Of a stretch of DNA of 64,000 bases, positions 24,972 through 36,322 are shown piece by piece. The notes under the pieces are model-generated. The model saw only the letters and a program-made list of their open reading frames with translations, searched no databases and was not told the DNA's origin. Position numbers and translations under genes: made by a program. The stretch's first letter is position 1. Every line of letters starts with the position of its first letter. Source of the DNA: Blastocladiella emersonii ATCC 22665 (Eukaryota; Fungi; Blastocladiomycota); NCBI GenBank assembly GCA_025594325.1, contig JANHCV010000009.1, positions 1,678,283 through 1,742,282 on the forward strand, given 5' to 3'.

Positions 24972-25474
24972 TGCTAGAGGCGAGGGTGTGCTGGTATTGG
25001 ACCAACGAGGGGGAGCGAGGGCGGGAAAGGAGCGAACGCGTCGCGCGACCACCACGGCGCGCTAGCCATCACATGACCCCTGTCGGCGTGGCGCACCACG
25101 CTATCGGCTCCCTCGACCCCATTCCCTTCGTCGTCGAATCTCCGGGCAAATGATTCGTTAGAACGCTCAAAGGTGAGTTAGAGAGGCAGAATGAGGTTCA
25201 CCAGACTCGCCGCGGCGGCCACCTCTAGTGGGACGTTGCTGAGCCGACAGATGCGCACACGTATCCGCGAAGCTGCCGTTGCTGAGTGAAAGATTGCGTG
25301 CATCCACTCATTGGGCGTTGGATCAGCGGTCCCTTGCTGCAACTTCGCCAGTTCCCCTCCCGTGCGAGCCGCCGCCGCTGACGGGTCATGGTTCGCTCTC
25401 GACCCGTGTTCTCGCCGCCGTATCCCGCCACCGCCGGCTGGTGATTCTTAAAAACCGGCCGCAGGCGATGCACC

Positions 25475-25786
25475 ATGAGGGGCGCCTGGACGAATGAGAC
25501 TGCCTCGCGGCCGGTGAATCGCGGCCGACTTGCCGACTCCCAACTTCGTGCTCACCGACGAGACTACATCCGGCTCCATCGCGCGCTTGCTCGCGAAACT
25601 CGTGTGCGCCTCACCCATGGCTTTCGCGCCCCGCCAAGCGCTTTGACGCGGTTGTGTTGGGCTCGCTTGATGATCGCTGAGGAGGTCAAGGCGTCGGACA
25701 CCGTCAAGCAGCTCGTTTTCGCGTACCTCGACGTTGGGGTCAAGGCCAAATGGGAGCAGGAGTACGACAGAAACAGATGGCAATGA
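25475..25786 (+). pseudogene. Possible decayed gene fragment
   Basis: Protein-like ORF (…MIAEEVKASDTVKQLVFAYLDVGVKAKWEQEYDRNRWQ) preceded by the same frame containing stops; no recognisable family. Confidence 0.25.
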
Positions 25787-27700
25787 TGCTATAATTGAAT
25801 CCAAGCTCGGAGAACCGTTGAGCTAGACGTAAAAATCCCATGAAATCGATGTAAAAGCGGGAGTAAAAGCCTCGCGTCAGCCCAATCCCTTGGTTAGCAT
25901 CCAAATACTTTGGCCTTTACTAAGGGTATAAAGCTGTTTCTGTCAGATGCGCAGAATCAAGCCAAACGCCAGCCATGGCCGCTTCGACCAAATGACCGTG
26001 GCACATAACGGGACTCGGCAAACGCCTTATGCCCGTGGTCTCTGTGGCGGCGGCGTGCAGCGCCAGGAGACGGTGCGGTGCCGGGAGACGGTGTGGTGCC
26101 GCCGGGAAGGGAAAATCAGCCTTCCCGACGCGGCGCTCACCCGCACGGGGACGAGCTGCCACTTCTCTTCAAGCCTCCTCGCTCGCGATCCGCGAACGTG
26201 CGGTTGCTTGCGCCGCAACCCGTTCGTTCGTTTCCCTTTCAAGCTTGGCATCCCACATTGCCCCGAGTAACGCACACACTTCATGCAACGAATGATTCAG
26301 TCCACGAACCGCGCCTTCCATGCAATCGATTCGCGATCAGCAAATGTTGTTGGCTTCCTCTCCTGCCTGCTCTCGCGCGCGCCTCGGTAGCCGACGACTG
26401 CTGTTGAACCGAGCGTCTGCTCGCTGCCATCACACCACCCACCTTGCTCGCATAACGCTTCCTCTTCCCTTCCCGGCAGCCGACCTTCGGGTGCTCAGTG
26501 TTGATTTGATGCCCAAGGAAGCCGACTTGCCAATCTCGCTGCTCTCGCTGCTCGCTGCTCTTGCTGGTGGTACCTAAGAGCAAAAGCCCCGTTCAATCAA
26601 GCTCACACAGCCGCGCTCGATCATTTTGTCGCTCCGCTCCGCCGCGATCCGTATTTACCTCCCCTTCAAGTTGTTTTTTTCGCCGGCTGTCGCTCGCGCT
26701 CGCGCTCGTCGGCCTTCCCCTCCATCAAAGACGTCCGCCGCTTCTCGTAGGACATCCTCAATGGCCTCCCTTCCCTCACTCACCCTTCTCTGGCCAAGCT
26801 CACCACTTACCAAACGCACGGTATCGTGACAACGCTTGCTCGCTTGCTTAATCTGGGCGGTGCCAGCCCAATGTCATTTGCTGGCTTGGGCTCACACCTT
26901 GGTTTGACCTTCATCGCCAAACCCGTTTTGGCGGAACCCTTGCCGTCCAAGAAACACCGCCGTTTATCTCACTCGCCCTCGCGCCACTCAGGAAGCCCGC
27001 TCAGGAAACCCGCCAAATCCAGCCACATCCTCGGGACTTGGCTCGGCCTGCACGCGGGCTTTCGTACGTGTGGTGCTGTGATAATTCACTACCTTGCCCC
27101 GTAGCAGCAGGCTCGCGGCGGCGGCGGTGGCGGCGGCGGCGGCGGGACAGACAGCTGTCGCTGGCCGTGCAGGCGTTCCACTTCCGACTTCTGACTTCTG
27201 CTCGCTGCTGCGTTATATGGAGGAATTTTTCCTTCGGGCGGATCGCAAGGTCTACTACGCGGCTTGGGTCGAGAACCAGTCGCCAAGCGCTCGTTGGTCT
27301 CTACACCACGCTTTCCGCCTGCGCTCTACACTCCGAGTCCCACCCGGCTCTTGGCTGACGACGGCGGCTTTGTGCGTGTGCATTTATCACATCGTTTGCT
27401 TGTCAGTCAGTTCTGATGCGCGGTCTCGCTCTTCTGGCCTCCGACACGCAACCACGTCGCGCGCCTCGGCCCGCTGGGGACGATCACGCCCAGAGCTAGC
27501 CAGATCCTGAATTCGCGAAGCGTTTTTACGAGCGAGCTAGCTGTCTGGGACGTGAACGTGGGACTTGCTGATGGGCGACGGATCCGCGTTGTTTGGCCGG
27601 CGAGCGTGGTTTGAGTGAAGGCCGTTTGAGTTTGTTACTTACTACCTGAGCGCGTTCGTTACATTCACTCCCTCACAGAGTTAATACCTATCATTCACAG

Positions 27701-30700
27701 GTTCAAACTTCGGGTTATTGCGGTCTCTCAGGGCCTGCTCGGGCTCGTTGCGTTGCTCGACGCGCGCAAAGTCGAACTTTCAAAGGGTCCTTTTACCAAA
27801 GTCAGCGCGAAGTGTCCTAACACGCGGACATGTACTGTATTACAACTTATACGCATGGCCTGCGAAAGTTCCTTGATCAGCTTCAACGGATTCACCTCCA
27901 ACCGATCAGATCGGGGACAGTAGACGTTCCGCGACTTTGCCCGCAGGGGCCACCTGCGGCGGGAAATCTGCTTGGCAAACTCGTCCTCGTCCGTGAGCCC
28001 GTGGGGGAACCCCTTGACCCGCGCCTTGAACGCCTCGCCGATCACTGCGCCTGGGGACGCGCGTGACGCGGCCTGGCGGTAGGCGAGCGCCGACTTGGCT
28101 AGCGACAGGATCAGCGGGGAGACGGTGATGTTGCTGAGAACGGCCGCAAGCGCCTTAAGGCAGGCTACGGGGTCCGAGGCCTCGCTTACGTCAAACGAAA
28201 GAGTACCGGTCCACACGGCCACGTGCAGCGACGCATCGTAGGCAAGCCCGGGGCCGCGGATAGCAGTGAAGAGCGGGCCCTCGGCGCGGTTCAAGAGCTC
28301 GCACAGGACAATGACCGCGTGGTAGTCGGGGTGGTTGGGCTGAGAAAGCAGATCTGGAGTGGACGGCCGCTGGTCAGCGTCAGTAGACTATCATGAGGCG
28401 AGGGAGGAAACGATACGCACCACATTCAACAAACAGAGAAATGTAGGATGCTGTTACACCCTGGACGTTAACGACGATGGCAGGGCCGGCTTGGTGCTGA
28501 TACCGGGTACGCGTGAGCGGGAACGGGCTTGACACAGACACGGGCGTGAGAGCTGGGACCACTTCGGCAGAACTTACAGACGAGGTGAACAGCGTCTTGA
28601 GCCAGACGTCATTGACAATCTTCCACGCGTTTGGCAGCTGGGCGTCGGTGATGCCCGCTGAAGAGTCACCATGACCGATTTGCGCAATCCACGGTCGCGA
28701 GAAGATTGCGGAATGAAGCGCAGCGAGCTTCTCGACGGCCGAGGCAGGGTCGCGCAACACCTTCTTGAGCACGGACTCCTGGGCAAAGATGGAGAGGTGG
28801 CGGTCGGGGAGGCCAGTTGACTTGGACACGAGCGCACTGAAAAGAGCACCCGTCAGCGACTGCCCATCGCGGCGCCACTCGCGAATGTCGCTCAGCAAGT
28901 TCTTGGCGATGGTCGCGATGCGCTCCGAGTCCCACACGGCGTGCAGGGCAGCCTTGAAGACCCAGTCAGCCGCGGCGGGAAGCGAGTCGGGGAGGCAGGT
29001 AAAAGCGAGCACAAACGCTTCACTAAGGTAGCTGGCCGTGAAAACATCGGAGCCTAGTCCGACAGAAGCGTAGCAATTGGTCGTGTGCTCGTGTAGATGG
29101 TCAACAACAGAGGTCCACGATTCACTGCTTGTCGGGAGCTGGAAAAGCAGTTCCTGGAGAAGTAAAAGGTACGGCAGCAAGTCAACGGCCACAGTCGCAA
29201 GCTCAAAGAAGAGTTTGACATGGTTGAAGGAGGTAGCGACCTCGACCGTGTGGACAAAGGGGAAGCTACCGTCGGCGCCTGCCAGGCGATGCACGCGGTC
29301 GGCAAAGGAGGGACTGGGCACTGTGCTCGGATCCGTGGGCGGCGGCAATGCAGCAGCGAAGCGATCGAGTACAATTTCGTTGGCGGCGACGGCACGGTCG
29401 ACCTTGGTCTGCTGCGATCGAAGGCCGTGCGGGCCGAGTCGCTTTCGATGGCGCTGCACCACCGCCTTCTTGTCAGCTTCGACTCGCTTCGCGAATGAAA
29501 TGCTCGGGACGGTCATAGTCTCAATGGCGGGCGCATCTACAAGCCAGTCTCGGAGCAGGGTGCGCCAGTAATCGATGGGGCGGGTGGCGAGGTCGTTGAG
29601 CACGGCAAAGACGTCAGACTTGCCGCTGAGAGGCATACGGTGCGGAGAGACGAGACGAGGGAGCCAGGCGGCAAGCATAGTGTCGTGCGGGTCGTCCTCA
29701 AGCTGCGTGAGAGTTTGGATGCGGTGGCGGCGCAGGGCGGCGTGGATGCGGTCCAACGACATGGCGCCGGCGGCCTGGTCGCGGAGCGTGGACCAAACGA
29801 GCGATGAGAGCGCGTGCCGTGCAAACCAATCCTTGCCGGAACCAGCGTCGGAGCTGCCCGCATCGCTGTTGGCGTCGTCCCGATCGCTCACTTCCTCGTC
29901 GTCTGCATCGCTCGAGTCAGCATCGTCCTCGGAAGATTCATCGGCCCAGTCGTCGTCATCGCTGCCTTCGGCGCCCGAATCGGAGCCAGGCGCACCGTCC
30001 ACTTTGACGTCGTGGTTGGCGCGGCCGTGGTACTCGATGCCACCGACTGAGAGCATCAGCATGGAGCGATTGTAAGCGCGCAGCTCGAGATCGATATCGC
30101 TGCCGGGGGCACCGGTGGAATCGACGAGAGCGCGGGCAAGTGGCGCGGCGGAGCCCTCGCTGAGGTACCGGAAGAGCACGTCGAGGGCAACGACGGTGGT
30201 CTCGTCGTCAAGCGAGTGCGGGCCGTGCCACGCGTACGCGATGGTGCCCTGGTCTTCGTCCTCGGCGGGAAAGCGGACGACCTGGGTTGTAAGGCCAGGG
30301 GCAAGCGGGTGAAGTGGGGCGAGTTCGGCCAGGGGCGCCGGATGCGCAGCATCCTGGGCCGCATCAGGGTGCGAGGAGCTGGCGAGAGATGGCGCCGCGT
30401 CGAGAGCGTCAAGAATGTCCGCGACAGGGATCTGGTCGCCAATAAGGATCGTCGTGACGCGGGCGGGGTCGTAGTGAGTTGAGTGGAAGCGCGCAATGTC
30501 CCGATTGGTCAGCGAGCGGATCTCGGCGGTGAGGCCGCGACTTCATCGCCCGCTACTGTAAGGCGGTCCAGGACTACGCCGCGCAGATTGTCGACCGATT
30601 GAGAACCGCCTCGCGGCACCGTTTGACAACGCTTTCGTGGCCGGGTGCCAGGCCGTCGTGCAGTCGGTACTCGCGGGCTTCGTTGACGGCGACGTGATCA

Positions 30701-30817
30701 AGCTCTTGCGCCTCAGCCACTCGCTCAAGGAGCTCTGCTTCGGCTCGCTCATCCACGCCGGCAACAAGATCGAGACTCAGGTCATGGTCATGTCCATGAC
30801 CAACACGCCGACTGGCA
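27701..30817 (+). pseudogene. Decayed gene split by the 2.58-kb insertion and ending at TIR element A
   Basis: Frame FKLRVIAV...GQ*TFRDFARRGHLR (27701-27958) continues across the insertion as DFIARYCKAVQDYAAQIVDR (from 30539). After a 1-nt frameshift it reads ENRLAAPFDNAF...MTNTPTG, then K* once element A is removed. Confidence 0.5.
27959..30538 (-). repeat. 2,580-bp inverted duplicate of 47498-50077 (internal fragment of the M16 peptidase gene, including its intron)
   Basis: Reverse-complement match (coordinate sum 78036). Every ORF wholly inside the copy translates identically to its counterpart. It lacks the HxxEH exon start and the C-terminus. Confidence 0.95.
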
Positions 30818-32624
30818 CATCGCAAAACCTGCAGCACCGCTCTGGCCCGGATCTGAGCCAAACTGCGCTTCTGGGCCGGATCCGGCTCAGACGCGGGCGG
30901 CGGGGTGGGCGCGCGCGGAGGGGCTCGGGTGTCGGGGCGGGATCCGGCCCAGATGAGCCGTCTGGCTCAGATCCGGGCCAGATCTGGTTGCCGGGCCCAG
31001 ATCCGGCCCAGACGGGGGACTTGGCCGCGAGCCGCGGCGGGACGGTGAGACGCGGTGTCAAGTATCAAATGCATGTATTGATTGCTATGGGTCGATCCGC
31101 GGGGCGAGGGCGAGCGAGAGTAGTCGCCGCGCAACGTGGTCGCGATGCCCGCCGTGGGCGACGCCATACCCGCCCACCAGGGACAGGTGGACAGCGTGGG
31201 GACGCGGCAGCAGCGACCACTGCGGCGGCGGCCACCGTGCGTAGCGGGCAGTTACATGGGAACTACTTTGGGCGTGGGCGGACCAGCGTTGGCGTGCGCG
31301 CGCGCGGGAAAGATTGCGGCGCGGCGGCGAGGCGTCGAGGCAGCGACGCGTCGAGCACGTGATTGGCGCGTTTGCGCGTTCGGCGGCGTGCTGCAGAGCG
31401 GCGGCGAAGAGGGGGCGCCCCTCGCCCCGCCCGCCCGCCCACTTCATTCGCCCCTCCCCTCTCTCGATGACGAGGGCGGCGAGAGCGACGCCAGTCCCCT
31501 TCGTCGTCCACGTTCGCCGACCCCGCCACCACCTCGGCCACCACCACCTCCGCCACTGCAGCAGCGGCCTCGTCGTATGCTCCCTTCGCTGCTGTCTCCG
31601 CGTCCGAGTGACTGACGCTGACGCTCATGCCATCGCTCCCACCTCCCAGCCCATCGCTCCGCTGCTGCAGGTGTCGGTGCCGGTGCGACACCGACCAGCG
31701 GGTCCGTGGTCGAGCCCCAAGTCGGCGCGGCACACGGGCTCACCTCGCCGGCCGCGGCCGTCGATGCTGCAGCTGCTGCTCAAGATCCAGCGGGCGTGGT
31801 CGACGGCGAGAGCGAGGCCAAGCTGCTCCAGTCGGCGGCGACCGAGGGTGGCGTCATCAAGGACGACGAGCGCACCGAGGACGAGGAGTCGGCGTGGACA
31901 GATGCCCAAGTCACGCAGGAGACGGACCCGACCGACAACGTCGAGAACGCGCCACCCGCGCCGCCCGCAACGCCCGCGACGCGGGCCAAGTCGGCGCGCG
32001 TGCGCAAGCCCAACGCCAAGCGCGCGGCGACGCTCACGGCGCTCGCCATCTCGGTGCCGCGCAAGACGAAGACCAAGGCCAAGAAGTAGGCCAAGGGCGC
32101 GCGCGCGCACGCGCTGTCGCACCGTGGGGTGGGGGCGGGCGGGCGGGCGGGCGGGCCGGCCGGCCGGCCGCCCAAGCGTGTTCCGATATGATGATATTGT
32201 ATATATATATACCCGAATGCTATACGGATGACGCCCCGACTGAGTCAGGATCTGAGCGCGACGTGGCCCGGATCCGGCGACGATACGGCCAGGATCTGAC
32301 TGCGACGTGTGCCCGGATCCGGCCACGATGCGAGCGGGATCGTGACACGATCGGTGCGCACTTCGCGGCAGCATCACGGCAGCCTCTGCCCCGGATCTGG
32401 GCGAGATCAGGGCAGGATCACGACACGATCAGGGCCGGATCTGGGGTGGATACCGCCCCAACGCTGCCCCGACGCTGCCCCGACCCCGCCCGCGCCGCCC
32501 GCGCGGCGTCTGAGCCGGATCCGGTCCGCATCAGGATAATATCACAGATCCGGCCCAGATGCTGCTTTCTGGCCGCGATCCGGCCGCGATCGGGCCCCGA
32601 ACCGCTGCCGCAGGTTTTGCGATG
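30818..32624. mobile_element. Non-autonomous TIR DNA transposon A (1,807 bp), perfect 15-bp TIR, 2-bp TSD CA
   Basis: CATCGCAAAACCTGC at 30818 and its reverse complement ending at 32624. A further 19-bp inverted match CCGGATCCGGCTCAGACGC lies at 30876-30894 and 32506-32524. CA flanks both ends; subterminal RGATCY repeats are present. Confidence 0.8.
31145..32089 (+). CDS. Putative spliced cargo ORF inside element A (low-complexity, basic C-terminus)
   Basis: Intron 31575-31670 (GTATGC...CTGAC...TGCAG) joins ORFs 31136..31615 and 31706..32089 in frame; the product ends KRAATLTALAISVPRKTKTKAKK. Confidence 0.4.
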
Positions 32625-33033
32625 CAAGTAGTAGCGGTCGAGGGCGCGCCGTTGTGCAGCACCGCGCGGGCTGTGGCCTCAAGTCCAATAAGCACGCAAT
32701 ATACTACTATTCCGCATCGGCTTGTGTATCATTTAAAGGGAAGGTGGAGCTGCTGTGGTGAGGAGAACAGCAGGGACTGGGCGGTTCGGCGGAGCAGAGG
32801 TCACCGCCTAGGGCGCGTGGGTCATGTCGGCTCTCCCTCGCCTCCCTCCGCCGACTCGATTAATCCCCGCCCCGAGTGCTGCTCGGACTGCATGCAACAT
32901 GTAATTCATTGTGAATCAACACCATGTAACCACCAGTGATGACGGCGGGACGCTGACGAGTGCTTCTGCTCCTCGGGTAGTGGCCGCCGCCTCGGAACCA
33001 CCCGTCACCGCCTCTGCTCCAACCATCGCCACC

Positions 33034-33981
33034 ATGTCGGGCGCATTTCGAACGTCCACCTTCGATCCGGCGCTGAACGTGGCCCAGCTCGTGTGCATGC
33101 AGTCGCTGTTCTACATCTCGGTGGCGGTGCTCGTCCTGTTTGGCGCCTTTGCGCGCGGGCAGGCCGTGACGCTCGACCTGATCCTCGCGTACGACGAGCT
33201 CGGCGCCGCGCGGCCAACGGGCTGGGTCGTCGTCGTCGCCTACCTCCTGAACGCTGGTGCCATGTACGTGATGCGTGTGCCGCGCTCCGGCACGGGCCCG
33301 AATTGTCGCTGACGTTTCCGTTGGCGCCACGACTGTAGGAGTTTTGCTCTGGTCCCCATCGTGTCGCGCGCGCGCCTCGTGCTCGACTTTGCCTGCACGC
33401 TGCACGGGCTGCACCTGATCGTGTCGTTCCTGTACAACGGGTGGCGGCTGCCGTCGGCGCTGTGGTGGGCGACCAACATCACGGCCGCCGCCATCACCGC
33501 CATTGGCGGCGAGAAGCTGTGCATGCGCCGCGAGCTCGAGCCCATCTCGGTCGGCGTCGGCCCGCGGAGCGGGACCGCGGCCGCGCGGCGAAAGTCGTCG
33601 ACGGCGGGCAAGGCGCGCAACAAGGGTAAGGTCGGTGGGCCCAAGCCCAAGACGTCGCCCGCCGGCTCGATCGCATCCATCCTCGGCGGCAGCGCGTCGA
33701 ACGTGAACGGCGGCGCCGGGAGCAGCAGCAGCAGCGGGGCCGCCAACGGGAAGTCGTCGGGCCGCGGTGCGTCAGGCGGCGACGCGTGGCCACTACAGCA
33801 GCTGTGGCGATCAGAGGCCGGATCCGCGGGAGGATCAGGCCTGAGCGGCGCGTCAGCAAGCGGGAGCGGCGGCAATGGCGGTGGCGGGGGCAAGGTCGAG
33901 CCTCCCATCTCGCCAAGCGCGGGATCGCCCATGGACGCGGCAACCTCCTCATCGTTCCTCTTGCCGTCAGGGCAGTCGTGA
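33034..33981 (+). CDS. SYS1: Golgi integral membrane protein Sys1 with Gly/Ser-rich C-terminal extension, 2 exons
   Basis: FDPALNVAQLVCMQSLFY and IVSRARLVLDFACTLHGLHL...WWA motifs; intron 33264-33338. Confidence 0.85.
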
Positions 33982-34007
33982 TGGTGGCCAAGAATACAAA
34001 CTCGTAC

Positions 34008-34035
34008 GATAGTCGATAGTCGATAGTCGATAGTC
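34008..34035 (+). repeat. (GATAGTC)4 microsatellite downstream of SYS1
   Basis: gatagtcgatagtcgatagtcgatagtc. Confidence 0.85.
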
Positions 34036-34234
34036 ACGGCGAGACTTGCAGCGGGAGACTGAACCCGCGCGACCATCGCTGGGAGACACTTGCATCCGCG
34101 CCTCGGGCGACGGCGCGGCCCGTCGTTATTCCGCGGCGCGCGCTCCTCCGCCCTCCGCCCACGCTATGGAAACTCATGAAGCTCAGCGACCAACGATTTG
34201 ATGCAACGAACCGATCGCTGCGCCCACCGTCACC

Positions 34235-36322
34235 ATGACCGGCTCCGCCTCGCCAACGCCAACGCCAACGCCGACTTCGGCCTCGACGGACCTCACGGGC
34301 CCGCCGAACATGCTCTCGGACGGGATCCTCATGGCCGCGTTCGGGACCATGGCCATCACGCTGAGCAGCACGATCGGGACCCTCGTGGTGCTGGTGCCGC
34401 GCGCGCTGGCCACGCAGCACATCCGGCCCATTCTCTTGATCATCATGGCCGTGATGCTGCTGCTCTGCGTCGTCAACAACCTGAGCATCCTCACGGCCAT
34501 CCAGAGCGGTTCCGTGTCGATATTTCGGTACTACCTGGTCCACACGGCGACCTTTGTGCCGAGCGGGGCGCTGTACACGGTCGCCGTCTGCCACCGGACC
34601 GTCCTGCTAATCACGTCGCGCCCGCTGCGGCGGCGTCTCACTCACGCGCTGCACGTCGTGTGTTTCGTGCTCTACTTCGTCGACGTGGTCGCCATGTGGC
34701 TCGAGATCGCCAGTGTGCAGAGCTCCGGTTCGCTTGAGCGGTGGCTGCTGCACTACACGTTTCCCACGTACGGCCTCGTCGCCACGGCGCTGCTCCCGCT
34801 CATGACGGTCGGCTCGCTCGCGTGGTCGCTCAACCACGCGTTCCGCGGTGGCGGCGTCCCGCTTGCCGTCGCGCAGCAGCACTCGTCGGGGCCTAAGCCC
34901 GCCCTGGCCTCGACTGACCACCACCGCCGCCAACACCAGTGGCCGCCGCAGCGCCCTGCTCAAGGCGACGCCAAGAAGGAGCAGGAGCGGCCGAATCGGT
35001 CCTCTGCTCTGTCTCTGAGAGGGGCGCCGGGAGCTGCTCCCGCGCCGGTACCCCCAAAACCGGTCGCCGCTGCCGCACCGGTGCCCTCAGAACCAGCCGC
35101 ACTGGTCGAGTTGTTGCTCCCGGCAGGCGCCACGTCGTCCTCGGCGAGCACCAAGGCGCAGAGCCACCGCGACGCGGCACCCCCACCGACGGCCGCGTCG
35201 ACGCTGCTCGAGCACCACGATACGGGTCTCGCGCCAGCACCAACCCCGATAGGGACCATTGCGCGGACATCGGTGCTCGGCTCGGCGCAGACCATGAGCG
35301 TGGCTCCTGCAACGCCCGCACCGAGTTCTCCAAGCAAGGACACGAGCAAACCGAGCTCCCCAAGCAGGGACACGAGCAGGGGCGCGACCACACGGTCCAC
35401 GTCGGCGCTCCCGCGCAGTCCCTCGGCAAAGGAGAAGGCGGCGCGGTCGACGCCGGCGCTCCCGCGGGTGACGATCCCGCTCGCGGCGGCGGGCCACTCG
35501 ACGGGCCGACTACCGAGCGGCAGCAAGAGCCATTCAACGCGCAAGCTGCACGCGTCCATGTCGCGGCTGGTGATTGCGAGCGCCGGTGCGCTCCCGCGGG
35601 CCGTGTCGTCGCGGCTGCACTCGCCCACGTCGCCTCCCCCGCCGCCGCTGCGGCCCGCGCAGCGGTCGCTGTCGCGAGCGTACTGGCGGCTGACGCTGGC
35701 CGAGATCGTGGTGTGGGGCGTGTTCCTGCTGCTGTTCCTGATCCCAACGCCGGCGGCGACGGCGTGGCTCAAGGCGAGCATCAACACGGTGATGCCGGCG
35801 CTCGGGATCGTGATCGAGGCGTCGCTCGAGTGGGTGTACCGGCACGAGCACTCAAAGCTAGTGGGTGCCAAGAAGCCCAAGCGCGCCACCACCACCGAGA
35901 CGGACGCGCGGCAGGCGGCGACGTCGACCATGTCCTCGTCCGAGTACCAGACATCGGCCGAGGACGAGCCGCCGTCCAGCGCCGCGAGCTCAAGCGCGGG
36001 CGGCGGCGGCGATGGCGACTCGGATGGCGAGGCGAGCTCGGCCATGACGTCCTCGTCGCGGCACCGGTCGCAGCAGCACCGGCGCAAGAGCTCGGCGCGG
36101 CCGCCGCCGCCATCGGGGCTCAAGCGGCAGCGGCGGTCGTGGTGGGACGCGATGATCGGGTGGACGACGTCGACGGGAGGCGGCGACGACCCGGCGGCCA
36201 TGACCGCGAGCGCAACGGCGCGGCAGGCCGCCGGGGGCTCCGGGCCCGCGCTGCAGACCTTTGCGCCGTCGGGGTCCACACCACGGCCCGCGGGCGGGGC
36301 GGGCGGCGTGAGCAAACCGTGA
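34235..36322 (+). CDS. Seven-transmembrane GPCR-like membrane protein with very long third intracellular loop
   Basis: Five hydrophobic helices, then about 280 aa of Pro/Ser/Ala-rich loop, two further helices (LTLAEIVVWGVFLLLFLIP; INTVMPALGIVIEASLEWVY) and an S-rich tail. No class A signature motifs. Confidence 0.6.
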   Translation: MTGSASPTPTPTPTSASTDLTGPPNMLSDGILMAAFGTMAITLSSTIGTLVVLVPRALATQHIRPILLIIMAVMLLLCVVNNLSILTAIQSGSVSIFRYYLVHTATFVPSGALYTVAVCHRTVLLITSRPLRRRLTHALHVVCFVLYFVDVVAMWLEIASVQSSGSLERWLLHYTFPTYGLVATALLPLMTVGSLAWSLNHAFRGGGVPLAVAQQHSSGPKPALASTDHHRRQHQWPPQRPAQGDAKKEQERPNRSSALSLRGAPGAAPAPVPPKPVAAAAPVPSEPAALVELLLPAGATSSSASTKAQSHRDAAPPPTAASTLLEHHDTGLAPAPTPIGTIARTSVLGSAQTMSVAPATPAPSSPSKDTSKPSSPSRDTSRGATTRSTSALPRSPSAKEKAARSTPALPRVTIPLAAAGHSTGRLPSGSKSHSTRKLHASMSRLVIASAGALPRAVSSRLHSPTSPPPPPLRPAQRSLSRAYWRLTLAEIVVWGVFLLLFLIPTPAATAWLKASINTVMPALGIVIEASLEWVYRHEHSKLVGAKKPKRATTTETDARQAATSTMSSSEYQTSAEDEPPSSAASSSAGGGGDGDSDGEASSAMTSSSRHRSQQHRRKSSARPPPPSGLKRQRRSWWDAMIGWTTSTGGGDDPAAMTASATARQAAGGSGPALQTFAPSGSTPRPAGGAGGVSKP

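Noticed and set aside
28380-30179. Second functional M16 peptidase gene
   Set aside because: It is a truncated duplicate lacking the promoter, the HxxEH active site and the C-terminus.
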